From positions 682,001 to 746,000 of the forward strand of contig OX597820.1 of assembly GCA_951406725.2 (NCBI GenBank): a stretch of DNA of 64,000 nucleotides, given 5' to 3'. Positions 12,080-24,370 of this stretch are shown piece by piece. How positions within the stretch are numbered: position 1 is the stretch's first letter; each line of letters opens with the position of its first letter. The DNA comes from Octopus vulgaris (Eukaryota). Position numbers and translations under genes: made by a program. The notes beneath the pieces are model-generated. The model saw only the letters and a list, made by a program, of their open reading frames with translations, made no database searches and was not told the origin of the DNA.

Positions 12080-13093
12080 TGCATTATAGAATGTCTACCC
12101 AAGATACAACTTCTTTGCCCCAGCCAATGGATCAAGGTGTGACAGCTGACTTCAAGACATTATGAGAACTTTCAAACAACTTATGAAAGCAATTCACAGG
12201 AAGGATAAACCTATAGTTAGAGATTTCTAAAAGAAATTCAACATGAATACAGGTGAATAATGGCAACAAAAATTATGGCTAAACTTTGAATAGTAAATAT
12301 GGCCAGGTTGTATCCATGACATTAAAATTTTTCCTCAAGCAGTAAGTATACATCAAATTCAAAAAGATATTTTGCACTTGAAAAGGATATAGGATTTGAA
12401 GAAGTCATAGTGGATGATGTAACTGTGTTACAAGTGTTCCAGAAAGTTTATCGAATGAGTTGATGTTGTTAGAAAAAAACTGGGAATACAGATAAGACAA
12501 AGTTCCACCATTGCCATTTAAATTGGCTAATGAGTTGGCACTGGAGGAGGGTCTACAGGTTTTTGCTGCTAATGGCCCTAATTGTGAATGTAACATAAAA
12601 ACTACAAGAAGAATATACAATAAGCTCAGATCCTATACTGAGCTGTACAAAGAGATGATACATCATCAACAACAAACAACTTTGGATAAGTTCTTCATCC
12701 CTCAAGCTGACATTTATGACAATGAACTGTAAGATGGTAAATGGTGTTCCTCATCCTCCTAGTAACGCTCATCCTACCACCACCCCTCACACAGTAGCTA
12801 ACAGCTTTTGTGGTAAGAATGGACTCTTATAATATTGATTCTTATTAATTTCTTCACATATTCTTCTTGAAATGTTTTTGTATTCTTCTGTATCAATGTT
12901 GTATCTGTGTTTAGTAATTGTAATTTTCATGTATAAATGTGATAATGTTGCTTGTTCTGTTTTCTTGTTTTTTATTTTGCTAAAAATAAAGTCTGTAGGA
13001 ACACAATCTCAATATATAAATCAATAGGAAAAATTTGTGTTATAGCCAAATTTTCAGGAATGCATTGCTTCCATAAAGTGAGGGATTCCTGTA
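12080..13093 (+). mobile_element. Decayed pogo/Tigger-like DNA transposon fragment
   Basis: TTSL.QPMDQGV.A.FK motif at ~12105-12160, QQTTLDKFF C-terminus, and a Tigger-like terminus CCATAAAGTGAGGGATTCCTG|TA. Confidence 0.65.
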
Positions 13094-13921
13094 TATAAAA
13101 ATTTATGTATTAACCTTCTTGACATACCCGAACAATTGCTGGAATAATATTGATATGATGTATTACTGCATATCTTCTAGTAAAATGATACTGAAACAAT
13201 TGTTGTAGTGTGTAATAGAATGCAGTGTTCCATTCTCTTTGTTAATACTTGACATATGTGTGTGTTTGTTATACTTAGGAGTGATGCACAGTGCCAGAAT
13301 TTTCAACATAACAAACTATTTCAAATGCATGTAATTGGAGTCAGGACAGGTGAGTTTAAACTGGCACCAAGGTGTAGAAATTGTAACAATGAAGTCAAAC
13401 ATAATGTGTTCATATTTTGAAGGCATTTGATATGCATGTTTCAGATCTGCATAAAATATAATACCTGCCATTACACACGGCCTTCCTCAGTTAATACACT
13501 TGAAAAAGGAATCTCTTGCACAATGGGATGTAGCTTCTGTTATATATTATGCAGATATAAACACATTAAATGCTTTCAAAATAGTCCTTTGGCTTCATTA
13601 TTACAAATAGATGTAAGTGTATAGTTGTTGCTTTGTCTTGACCTTGTGTGATAGTTGTAAATGATGTCAGTCAAACAAGCATCATTTATTACCAATATTC
13701 TGTGCAAACAAGACTGGCTATGGGGAAATATTACCTTGCTCTGAAACAAATGACGATTGGTCATGAAGGACATCTGGCCTTAGAAAATCTGTCTCAATAA
13801 ATTCCATTCAACACTTCCTCAGATGATGATGAAGACATTCCCTACAGAATGGTTTTTCTCATTCATAAGCTTACTTTCATGCACATACAGAGACATTTTT
13901 AAGAGAATGATTTACCACAAA

Positions 13922-15352
13922 TCAGTTATAAGGATTTCCCTTTGTATGAATGAGTTTGTGTTTAGTTAAATCGCCATTTCGAGAGAATGATACACCACAG
14001 ATATCACAGTGATATGGTTTCTCTCCTGTGTGAATATGTATGTGGTTAGTTAAGTTAGATCTTTGAGAAAAAGATTTACCACAGATATCACAGCAATATG
14101 GTTTCTCTCCTGTGTGAATGCGTTTGTGAGCAGTTAAGTCATGATTTCGAGAGAATGATTTACCACAGATATCACAAGAATATGGTTTATCTCCTGTATG
14201 TATGCGTATATGAGTAGTTAAATCACCATTTCGGGAAAATGATTTACCACAGATATCACAGTGATGTGGCTTCTCCCCTGTATGAATCTGTATGTGGCTT
14301 GTTAAAGTAGATCTTTGAGAGAATGATTTATCACATATATCACAGTGATATGGCTTTTCTCCTGTATGAATGCGTTTGTGAGTAGTTAAGACACTTCCCT
14401 CAGAGAAAGATTTACCACAAATATCACAGCAATACGGCTTTTCTCCTGTGTGAACACGTTTGTGAGTTGTTAAGTCATGATTTCGAGAGAATGATTTACT
14501 GCAGATATCACAAGAATATGGTTTGTCCCCTGTATGAATGCGTGTGTGAATAGTTAAGTCACCATTTCCAGAGAATGACTTACCACAGATATCACAAGAA
14601 TATGGCTTCTCACCTGTATGAATGCGTATATGAGTAGTTAAGTCACCATTTCGAAAGAATGCTTTACCACAGATTTCACAGCGACAGGACTTCTCTCCAG
14701 TATGAATGTGCTTGTGTTTAGTTAAATGATAATTTCGATAGAATGATTTTCCACAAATATCACAGTGATATGGTTTCTCTCCTGTATGAGTGTATTTGTG
14801 ATCTGTTAAGTGCTCATTTCGAGAGAATGATTTACCACAAATATCACAGTGGAAAGGTTTCTCTCCTGTATGAATGAGTTTGTGTACAGTTAAGTGATCA
14901 TTCCGAGAGAACGATTTACCACAAATATCGCAGCAATATGGCTTCTCTCCTGAATGAATTTGTTTGTGGCCAGTCAAGCCATTTCTTTGAGCAAATGATT
15001 TACCACAAATATCACAGTGATAAGGTTTCTCTCCTGTATGAATCTGTTTGTGTATAGTCAATTTACCACTTTGAGAAAACGATTTATCACAAATATCACA
15101 GTGATATGGTTTTTCTCCTGTATGAATACGTTTGTGTATAGTTACATCACCATTTCGAGAGAATGATTTACCACAGATATCACAATGATATGGCTTCTCT
15201 CCAGTATGAATACGTTTATGAGTAGTTAGGTGACCTTTTTGAGTGAATGACTTCTTGCATATATCACAGTGGTATGTTTTTCCAATTTCTTTCAGTATTC
15301 CATCAGGAAAATCAACTGTTTTACACTGGGTTTCACATAATTTATTTTCCAT
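13922..15352 (-). CDS. Poly-C2H2 zinc finger protein, 16 tandem fingers, 476 aa, no recognisable effector domain
   Basis: 16 intact CxxC-x12-HxxxH fingers with TGEKP-type linkers after a 26-aa leader. Upstream splice acceptor TATTATTTCAG| with the exon starting at 15672. Confidence 0.95.
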   Translation of the reverse strand: MENKLCETQCKTVDFPDGILKEIGKTYHCDICKKSFTQKGHLTTHKRIHTGEKPYHCDICGKSFSRNGDVTIHKRIHTGEKPYHCDICDKSFSQSGKLTIHKQIHTGEKPYHCDICGKSFAQRNGLTGHKQIHSGEKPYCCDICGKSFSRNDHLTVHKLIHTGEKPFHCDICGKSFSRNEHLTDHKYTHTGEKPYHCDICGKSFYRNYHLTKHKHIHTGEKSCRCEICGKAFFRNGDLTTHIRIHTGEKPYSCDICGKSFSGNGDLTIHTRIHTGDKPYSCDICSKSFSRNHDLTTHKRVHTGEKPYCCDICGKSFSEGSVLTTHKRIHTGEKPYHCDICDKSFSQRSTLTSHIQIHTGEKPHHCDICGKSFSRNGDLTTHIRIHTGDKPYSCDICGKSFSRNHDLTAHKRIHTGEKPYCCDICGKSFSQRSNLTNHIHIHTGEKPYHCDICGVSFSRNGDLTKHKLIHTKGNPYN

Positions 15353-16049
15353 AATTTTTATTCTCTCATCACAATATACAGATATGTTTTCCCAATATTT
15401 TTAACAAATATATCCACTGCAATATTTCCATCAACTATAATTTCTTCTCAATATCCAAAGATCTTCAAACTTGTAAATAACCACATATACAAAATTGTAA
15501 GACAGTAAGGGAGAGAAATTTTCCCAATGACATCCAGAGGAAATATTTTAGAATTCTACCGTAGATTTATATACGCAACGTGATATTTATTCTGTGTGAC
15601 ATCTTCTTTTAGTCTTTAAAACTTTATAAAAACTCATGATGTACTTCAAGTATGCCATTTGCATTAGATTCGCTGAAATAATAGAGACATTATAAGATGT
15701 AAGTGGTATTTAAAAAGAGATTCAATATTTTACTACATTCCATCAGGATAAAGTGTAAATATAAAACATTTATGTGGACAATTAAATTTTACCTTTTAAA
15801 TGTTGTTAAAATTAAACCTCACAACAAAATGACATCTACATACTTTATAGACTACAACTTTAGTTTCTGTTTTGTTATAAGTGTTGCAATAAGAAATAAC
15901 TTGAAGCCATTCCTAACTGTGGATCTCCAATCAATATATCGTGTAACATATTTAATCTATATAAAAAGTATTTCATTTTATTAAACAATATAGGATGACT
16001 ATCTAAAACTATTGACAAGTTGGTCACGACTAAAATATGGTTATTTCAC

Positions 16050-17543
16050 AGGAACCCGAATCACTGATACTGGGTGGATGTTGTTTACCTGGACTTTGCT
16101 AAGGCTTTTAATTCTGTGCCACACAAAAGACTTATGGTGAAACTTTCTGCGTTGGGCGTAAGAGACGAACTCTATAACTGGTTGAAGTCCTTTATTATCG
16201 GCCGAAAAGAGGTTGTCACAGTTCTAGGACAACACTCATCACCCTATGAGATGACATCTGGTGTACCACAGGGATCTGTTCTTGGCCCCCTTTTATTTGT
16301 TGCATATGTTAATGACATAGATGCCAACTTAAAGAATGCCACAGTGCTGAAATATGCAGATGACATCAAGCTGTACCTTGAAATAAAGAGGTCAGATCCT
16401 ACACACTATGGATCTTCATTGCAATCAGAACAGGACACAATGCAGCAGTGGATCATGCACTGGCAACTCAAGCTGGCTGTGGACAAATGTACCACCATGC
16501 ATTTTGGGAGGAGAACCCCAGCGTCTACTTACTCCTTCCACAACACTAATCTCAAAAAGTCTTCTTGTGAACGTGACCTGGGTGTTATTGTCGACAGTGA
16601 TTTGTGTTGGACAAAACACATTGCTAAAATTGCCAAGAAGGCTGAGGGTGTCTTGGCATCACTCACCAAGTCCTTTGTGAGCCGCTCTCCGGCTACCTAT
16701 CTGCGGCTTTATATAGCTATGGTGCAACCTCACCTGGAATTTGCATCACCGGTCTGGAACCCCAATCTCGCCCAGGATATTAATCATCTGGAAGCTGTTC
16801 AGCGACGTGCAACCAAGAGAATACCCACCATCAGGCATTTGCCATATTCTGAATGCCTTACTTCCCTGGGCATGGACACATTGAAACTCCGACGTCTGGC
16901 AGCTGACTTGGCAGACACCATAAAAGTATAAACCATCTTACAAACAATAACTCTGAGCAACTTTTCAAACTCCACCCGTCTAACACCCGTGGACATATTT
17001 ACAAAGTCAGAAAACAGCACAGCTCCCATGCCTTTAGGAAACACTTGTTCACGCTGAGAGTTGCTGAAGCATGGAACAAACTTCCGGCATCAGTTGTTAG
17101 ATGTCGGAGCACTGCATCCTTCAAAACTTCCATGCTTCCTGAGATTCGCCTTCACTACACCTGATTTTCTCCCCTCCATACACACGCTGATGCATGGAAC
17201 AAACTGCCGGCATCAGTTGTTAGTTGTCGGAACACTGCATCCTTCAAAACTTCCATGCTTCCTGAGATTCGCCTTCACTACACCTGATTTTCTCCCCTCC
17301 ATACACACGCTGATGCATGGAACAAACTGCCGGCATCAGTTGTTAGTTGTCGGAACACTGCATCCTTCAAAACTTCCATGCTTCCTGAGATTCGCCTTCA
17401 CTACACCTGATTTTCTCCCCTCCATACACACACAAGCATGTATCTGAGTTATACACTGTTCACTTCCCAGACATTTGTACATTACTGCATATGCTTTATA
17501 CGCACTGAGCATTGCATACAATAATTTCATTATTTATTATTAT
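16050..17543 (+). mobile_element. 5'-truncated CR1-clade LINE (RT fragment), antisense in the zinc-finger gene's probable intron
   Basis: ORF 16074-16931 has DFAKAF, SGVPQGSVLGPLLF, YADD, ERDLG and LEAVQRRATK. It ends in an (ATT)n-like tail. Confidence 0.92.
17061..17430 (+). repeat. 123-bp tandem triplication at the LINE 3' end
   Basis: Unit (ACGCTGA.GCATGGAACAAAC...CCTCCATACAC) restarts at 17184 and 17307. Confidence 0.9.
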
Positions 17544-18259
17544 GTTCTAGTAGGATCATATAAATATATGCAAGTTATTTCGTCGGTTTTGTTTCGGTTT
17601 AACATTTTCTGATACATTAGAAAACCCAAAAGAAACATTAATTAAAGTCTATTGAATGCTGCACACGAAAATAAAGTAAATTTTATAATTCCAATCTCTT
17701 CGAAGATGGATTTTTTTATCCTTTCAATTGTTTTTGATGTTTTGAATGAATCTTGCATTCAAATCCTTCGGAAATTATAATAATGTAAACATTAACCATT
17801 ACTGCTTCTTCGGTAAAATTTCATTTTCAATGTGAAACAGAAGTTACTACTAGTGAACAGTGGTCCCCGTGCGCGCACTCGCGTTAGCTAGTCGTGACTA
17901 GTCGATCTTTACTTTGTGTTTTATTTACTTTGTGTAAAAAATTATGGATCTTTTCGGTTTGAACGGCAGCTTTTTAAAATAATTTCCACGTAACTAAAGA
18001 CTTTTAAACTTCGTATACTGGTAGAATGTGTTTATAAAATATCTTTTTCTCTTGGCTTTATTGAGAAAATTCTATAGTTTGTAAGATATTTGTTCTTTAA
18101 TTTCTTGCATTTCGGCAATTTCATCCAATCAATGGCATCTATTGAGGTGAAAACATTCTGTGCCATACGAATATGTTCCTTGTTTAAGAAAGAGATTGGG
18201 TTTATGGTAAAATTACAGATTAACACCCGCACGCTTTTCACTAAGAAAAAAAAAAAAAA

Positions 18260-18565
18260 AACTCAGATTTTTTGCGTGGAATCAAGTACCCTGACCTCCT
18301 AATATGCTGCAAATCCCATATTTTGGTCCGGAATTGCTCCGGAAAAGGATGGGGGTAACCCCCTCCCCTCAGAATTTTCACAAGGAAAAAAAAAAAAACC
18401 TCAGATTTCTTGCGTGGAATCAAGTACCCTGACCTCCTAATATGCTGCAAATCCCATATTTTGGTCCGGAAAGGTTGGGGGGGGGGTAACAACACCCCCT
18501 CCCCGGAATTTTCACATGGAAAAAAAAATCAGATTTTTTGCGTGGAATCAAGTAACCTGACCTCA
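18260..18565 (+). repeat. ~130-140-bp tandem repeats in the left arm only
   Basis: CAGATTTTTTGCGTGGAATCAAGTA.CCTGACCTC occurs three times on the left and once on the right arm. Confidence 0.8.
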
Positions 18566-18917
18566 AAAACAAAAAAAAAAACGGATTTTTTAGATACCTT
18601 TCTGCTTTTTAAGACAATAAAGTGTTATTGGAGGGAAATCTGGCTGCTATTTCTAGCTGCCTTAATGACAACATAGCGATTTACAGATAAATGAATTAAT
18701 TACTATTTTACAGAATAAAATTAATGAATTAATTATATAAATTAAATAATTCTTGAAAATTAATTAATATTAATAATATTTTTTGAACAAAGTAAATAAT
18801 TTATAAAACTTAAATAATAATTTTTTTTTACACAAACGCGAACGTATATAATTTGTGAAACTTTTTTTTTTTTTTACAGACGTATATAATTTGGTAAACT
18901 TAATGAATTAATTTCTT

Positions 18918-19330
18918 CACATCATCATCATCGTTTAACGTCCGTTCTCCATGGACGGTTCGACCGGGGATCTGGGAAGCCAGAAGGCTGCACCAGACTC
19001 CAGTCTTATCTGGCAATGTTTCTACAGCTGGATGCCCTTCCTAACGCCAACCACTCCGAGAGTGTAGTGGGTGGTTTTTACATGCCACCCGCACAGGTGC
19101 CAGGCGAGGCTGGCAACGGCCACGGTCGGATTGGTGCCAGTCGAGGCGGCTCTGGCATCGGCCACGATTCGGATAGTGCTTTTTACATACCACCAGTCAA
19201 GGGGTCCTGGCATCTGCCGGGTGCCACACTTGCCCCAACATGTCTTCGCAAGCAAAGGGGGTTGGCATGGGTGCCTGTCGTCGGATGAGGTTCGATATCA
19301 ACTTCGCTTGCTTCAACAGGTCTTTGTGTA
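18918..19330 (-). mobile_element. RTE-LINE 3' UTR copy within the left arm
   Basis: Family motifs present. Mirror copy at 22850-23260 shares the same short deletion. Confidence 0.8.
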
Positions 19331-19929
19331 TAAATGTATAAACTTTTCGCACTAAATTCTTTCCGTAGAATTTATCAAAAAATGCGCAAAATTATTCCGT
19401 AGAATTTATCAAATTAAAAAACGCAAAATTAATATATTTTTTGAAATTGCAAATTATTTAGAATATAAAACAAATGAAGTTAAATTTTTAAAATAAATGT
19501 CATATACTTATACTCTGTAAGGTGCTGTGTTCACACTTCAATTTACTATTTTCTAGAAATGTTGCTTTTCTAATTGAAACCATTTTTCTCAAGCTCCATT
19601 TAAAAGTCCATGTCTCTTGAGCCATATCAAAATGAACAACTTTGAACTACGCCGCGGCGGTGGTGGTGGTGGTGTGAGGTTCTAATTTTTTTTTCTGATC
19701 TCTCTTTGCCCCCCTCTTTATCTCAGTTGTTCATTCCGCTGATATTTAGAAAAATTTTCGTGCCCAATTTTTGTTGTGGCGGGAAAAGATGAACGATTTA
19801 AAATAAATATATCTTAATTGTAGTGTGAGAAAGTATATATATTCTGATGACAAAATATATTATCTTTCAAAAACATCCCAAATTTATAGACTATATCGTG
19901 TAGGTTTAAGAAATGGTTCATTATATATA

Positions 19930-20600
19930 TCATCATCATCATCATCATCATCATTTAACGTCCGCTTTCCATGCTAGCATGGGTTGGACGGTTCAACTGG
20001 GGTCTGGGGAGCCCGAAGGCTGCACCAGGCCAGTCAGATCTGGCAGTGTTTCTACAGCTGGATGCCCTTCCTAACGCCAACCACTCCGAGAGCGTAGTGG
20101 GTGATTTTATGTGCCACCAACACAGGTGCCAGACGAGGCTGGCGAACGGCCACGCTCGGATGGTGTTTTTTATGTGCCACCGACACAGGTGCCAGAAGAG
20201 GCTGGCAGACGGCCACGCTCGGATGGTGTTTTTATGTGCCACCGACACAGGTGCCAGATGAGGCTGGCGAACGGCCACGATCGGATGGTGTTTGTCATAT
20301 GCCCACAGCACGGAGACCAGTCGATGCGGAGGTGCCATATGAGGCTGGCGAACGGCCACGATCGGATGGTGTTTGTCATGTGCCCACAGCACGGAGGCCA
20401 GTCGATGCGGTACTGGCTACAGCCACGTTCGGATGGTTTTCTTGTGTGCCACCGGCACTGGTACCACAAAGATACAAATTCCATTGATGTTCATCTATTT
20501 TGATTTGTTTTGATTTTCACTTGCCTCAGCAGGTCTTCACAAGTGTCACAAGATTGAAGGTATGCACAAGTGGACCGACTACATCCCAGGTAGGGGCCAC
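19930..20600 (-). mobile_element. RTE-LINE 3' UTR copy with internal ~60-bp tandem units
   Basis: (CAT)n start, family motifs, and repeated GACACAGGTGCCAGA.GAGGCTGGC.AACGGCCACG units. Confidence 0.8.
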
Positions 20601-20606
20601 GATATA

Positions 20607-22397
20607 TCTCTTATTATAAAAGGCAGATTTTATCTGGCTCCCTTTGTATCTTATAGAAATCTACAATATAGGATTTCTTCAATTACAATTTACCTAGCAT
20701 TTTTAAGAGTAGAATGCATCGGGTCGTGACAGGTCCACTTTTTAAAATTTCAACCCCAATTAAGCAAAATTTAGAGAAAACTCACATTGTGGTGTATGAG
20801 TCAAATGCTTCTCTTAGTGTGGGATACAGCACACGCAAACGCACACACACACAGTGTGCAACGAATAAAGTGTAACTAATTCACTTTCTGTAGTGAGTGA
20901 CTATTTCACTCTACATTCCCACTTCCACTTTACACACATAGACACGCAAATATATAAATAAAATTGTAAGCTAACGTGTATGTGTGAGTGTGTGTGCGTG
21001 TGTGTGTGTGTGAGGGTGTGTGTGTGTGCGTGACTGTGTGACAGGAAAGTTTTTTAGGACGAATATAAGACCTATATCCAAGTAGCAGAAAGATCGCCCG
21101 AAAGTGTATATAGATATTTAAATGTATTTATATATTCATCTATACACAGATGTATGTATAATGTGTGTGTATATATTTCCATAGAGGTAACCTTTCACTC
21201 CATACAAAGTTTTTTAGAACGAATATAAGACCTATATCCAAGTAGCAGAAAGATCGCCCAAAAGTGTATATATATATTTAAATGTATTTATATATTCATC
21301 TATACACAGATGTATGTATAATGTGTGTGTATATATTTCCATAGAGGTAACCTTTCACTCCATACAAAGTTTTTTAGGACGAATATAAGATCTAAAGTAT
21401 ATACAAGTAGCAGAAAGATCGCCCAAAAGTGTATATAGATATTTAAATGTATTTATATATTCATCTATACACACATGTATGTATAATGTGCGTGTATATA
21501 TTTCCATAGAGGTAACCATTCAATCCATACAAAGTTTTTTAGGACGAAAATATTTATATATAAAAGAAAGGTTGTGTGTCTGTCTACTCCGATTTAGATT
21601 CCTAACTACTCCCACATTTTGCAATGCAGTTTAACCAAAACCGGGTATCTTATAGTCGTGATTCATATCGAGCCCTTCTGGGTATTAGCGCGCGTCTACG
21701 ATGAGTCTATGATTTTACAAATAATTTACCATCATTTTTTTCCATTTTAATGCATATTTTTTTAAATAAAGGGAAGTAACTCTCAAACTTCACACCAATA
21801 TGCGTGCTCATATGCAACGTAATATCACATCAGCAGCATTTCCTCACACCCTCCTTGCACTTGGTGAAGGCAAAATACCAGGGGATGAAAATGGTAATAT
21901 TGCCATCGATTCCATTTGTACCATTGGTAAGACGCCTTCTGATCTCAGAGATGCAGTGTTCCCAGATCTACAAGCTAATTATCAGAATATGGATTGGATT
22001 GGCAAAAAGGCTATACTGGCCCCGAGGAATAAAACTGTTCACCATATTAATGATGAAATGCTAAAACTCATTCCTGGGGAAGTCTATGTATATCAGTCTA
22101 TCGATACAACTCCTGACCCAGAGGACGTCATCAACTATCCAATAGAGGTACTCAATTCCTTTGAGCATCCCGGACTACCACCACACTTTCTCAAACTTAA
22201 AGTTGGTGCCCCTATAATGATCATCAGAAATTTGGTTCCCCCCAAAACAATGCAATGGAACACGTTTGATCGTTAAGTCCTTATCTCCCACCGTAAACTT
22301 ATATCAATATTTGCCTGAATAATCATCATAATTCAGTGCAATCATTAACAGTACTTTCAAGCAATTCAGCCCCGAGCAACGCCGGGCAATTCTGCTA

Positions 22398-22398
<1 letters not shown>
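20607..22398 (+). mobile_element. Internally deleted Helitron with PIF1 helicase fragment
   Basis: 5' A|TCTCTTATTATAAAA; 3' hairpin CCCGAGCAACGCCGGG followed by CTAG|T. ORF 21800-22276 has AILAPRN, YPIEVLNS...GLPPHFLKLKVGAPIMIIRNL and a frameshifted CNGTRL. Confidence 0.88.
21046..21550 (+). repeat. ~160-bp tandem repeat, about 3 copies, inside the Helitron
   Basis: AAAGTTTTTTAGGACGAATATAAGA unit starts at 21046, 21206, 21366 and 21531. Confidence 0.9.
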
Positions 22399-22444
<46 letters not shown>

Positions 22445-22849
22445 TAGCAGAGAATGAGACATCGTTCATCTGTCTCCCACCCACACCTCCATCTACACAA
22501 AATTAGTTTGAGATAGAGAGGGGGCAGAGAGAGAGATCAGAAACATTAATTGGCTCAAGAGACATGATGGACTTTTAAATGGAGCTTGAGAAAAATGGTT
22601 TCAATTAGAAAAGCAACATTTCTAGAAAATAGTAAATTGAAGTGTGAACACAGCACCTTACAGAGTATAAGTATATGACATTTATTTTAAAAATTTAACT
22701 TCATTTGTTTTATATTCTAAATAATTTGCAATTTCAAAAAATATATTAATTTTGCGTTTTTTAATTTGATAAATTCTACGGAATAATTTTGCGCGTTTTT
22801 TGATAAATTCTACGGAAAGAATTTAGTGCGAAAAATTTATACATTTATA

Positions 22850-23260
22850 CACAAAGACTTGTTGAGGCAAGCGAAGTTGATATCGAACCTCATCCAACGA
22901 CAGGCACCCACGCCAACCCCCTTTGCTTGCAAAGACATGTTGGGGCAAGTGTGGCACCCAGCAGATGCCAGGACCCCTTGACTGGTGGTACGTAAAAAGC
23001 ACTATCCGAATCGTGGCCGATGCCAGAGCCGCCTCGACTGGCACCAATCCGACCGTGGCCGTTGCCAGCCTCGCCTGGCACCTGTGCGGGTGGCATGTAA
23101 AAACCACCCACTACACTCTCGGAGTGGTTGGCGTTAGGAAGGGCATCCAGCTGTAGAAACATTGCCAGATAAGACTGGAGTCTGGTGCAGCCTTCTGGCT
23201 TCCCAGATCCCCGGTCGAACCGTCCATGGAGAACGGACGTTAAACGATGATGATGATGTG
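22850..23260 (+). mobile_element. RTE-LINE 3' UTR copy within the right arm
   Basis: Reverse complement of 18918-19330 with few substitutions. Confidence 0.8.
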
Positions 23261-24151
23261 AAGAAATTAATTCATTAAGTTTACCAAATTATATACGTCT
23301 GTAAAAAAAAAAAAAGTTTCACAAATTATATACGTTCGCGTTTGTGAAAAAAAATTATTATTTAAGTTTTATAAATTATTTACTTTGTTCAAAAAATATT
23401 ATTAATATTAATTAATTTTCAAGAATTATTTAATTTATATAATTAATTCATTAATTTTATTCTGTAAAATAGTAATTAATTCATTTATCTGTAAATCGCT
23501 ATGTTGTCATTAAGGCAGCTAGAAATAGCAGCCAGATTTCCCTCCAATAACACTTTATTGTCTTAAAAAGCAGAAAGGTATCTAAAAAATTCGTTTTTTG
23601 TTTTTGAGGTCAGGTTACTTGATTCCACGCAAAAAATCCGAGTTTTTTTTTTTTTTCTTAGTGAAAATCGTGCGGGTGTTGATCTGTAATTTTACCGGGT
23701 TGGTTATTTACATTTGTGAAGAAAAAAAGATACCCTTCCCCCCACTCTTAACCCTAACAGAGATTGAAATGCAATAGATCGATACTAGGGTCATAATTAT
23801 GGGTGACAATTTCATATGACACCGCTAGAAAAAACACTGCAGTTCAAATCCGAAAAGATCCAAAATTATCTATTTTGTGTTTTATTTACTTTGCTATATA
23901 TATATTTATTTACTATATATATATATTTAGTCGTTGTAGGATCGACTAGTCACGACTAGCTAGCGTGGAAGCGCGACGACGCGAGTGCGCGCACCGGGAC
24001 CACTGTTCTCATGTAGTACCAAAACAGAAAGCAATTTATTACTGCAAAACCAATTGTTAGCAATAAATATGTTGCCAAAATCTACTTCAGAGAAATTCGT
24101 TGACAGTGGTCGGCCGACGTAATGGATAAGACATAAAAGCGAAATATTTAC

Positions 24152-24370
24152 CTGAGAAGTGGAATTTGGTGAATGGAAACTTGGTGAGGTGCCGTCGTGT
24201 TCATACAGATTAATTAATATAGGGTAATAATTAATTAATATAGGGTAATAAGTTGTGCAATTATTTATAAATAACGATGACGACGAATTCCATAAACGAA
24301 AGTGGTGAGAGCTACAACGGAAGTTGAAGTATTGCATTTCTATTGGTCAGTTTTGGTCATGTGACTAGAC
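24152..24370 (-). promoter_or_regulatory. Putative promoter and non-coding exon 1 of the zinc-finger gene
   Basis: Minus-strand donor CTCAG|GTAAAT at 24151. CGGAAGT, ATTGG and GTCATGTGAC lie at 24318-24365. It is the nearest such site upstream of the acceptor at 15672. Confidence 0.5.

Larger units (their letters stand above)
18206..23696. mobile_element. Inner foldback-type element with >1 kb inverted arms
   Basis: Termini GGTAAAATTACAGAT(T/C)AACACCCGCACG. TSD GGGTTTAT, with a 3-nt insertion in the right copy. Arms ~18530-19625 and ~22550-23640 are near-identical inverted copies. Confidence 0.85.
17946..23861. mobile_element. Middle MITE (GGATCTTTTCGG family, Merlin-like)
   Basis: TIR GGATCTTTTCGGTTTGAAC.GCAG with a perfect 8-bp TSD AAAATTAT (17938-17945, 23862-23869). 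Same family as 34824-37036. Confidence 0.85.
17843..24020. mobile_element. Outer MITE (~250 bp empty size) with ~65-80-bp TIRs, host of the nested elements
   Basis: TIR G(T/G)TACTAC....GAACAGTGGTCCC.GTGCGCGCACTCGCG...GCTAGTCGTGACTAGTCGAT at both ends. Flanks GAAACAGAA / AAAACAGAA (9-bp TSD with one mismatch). Confidence 0.7.

Noticed and set aside
19016-20503. Small proteins starting MFLQLDALPNANHSESVVG (many ORFs across the window)
   Set aside because: Antisense translations of the repeated RTE 3' UTR, with frames that differ between copies.
17858-24005. hAT-type element starting CAGTGGTCCC
   Set aside because: No TSD at these positions. The inverted repeat extends ~15 bp further out to ends that do have a TSD.
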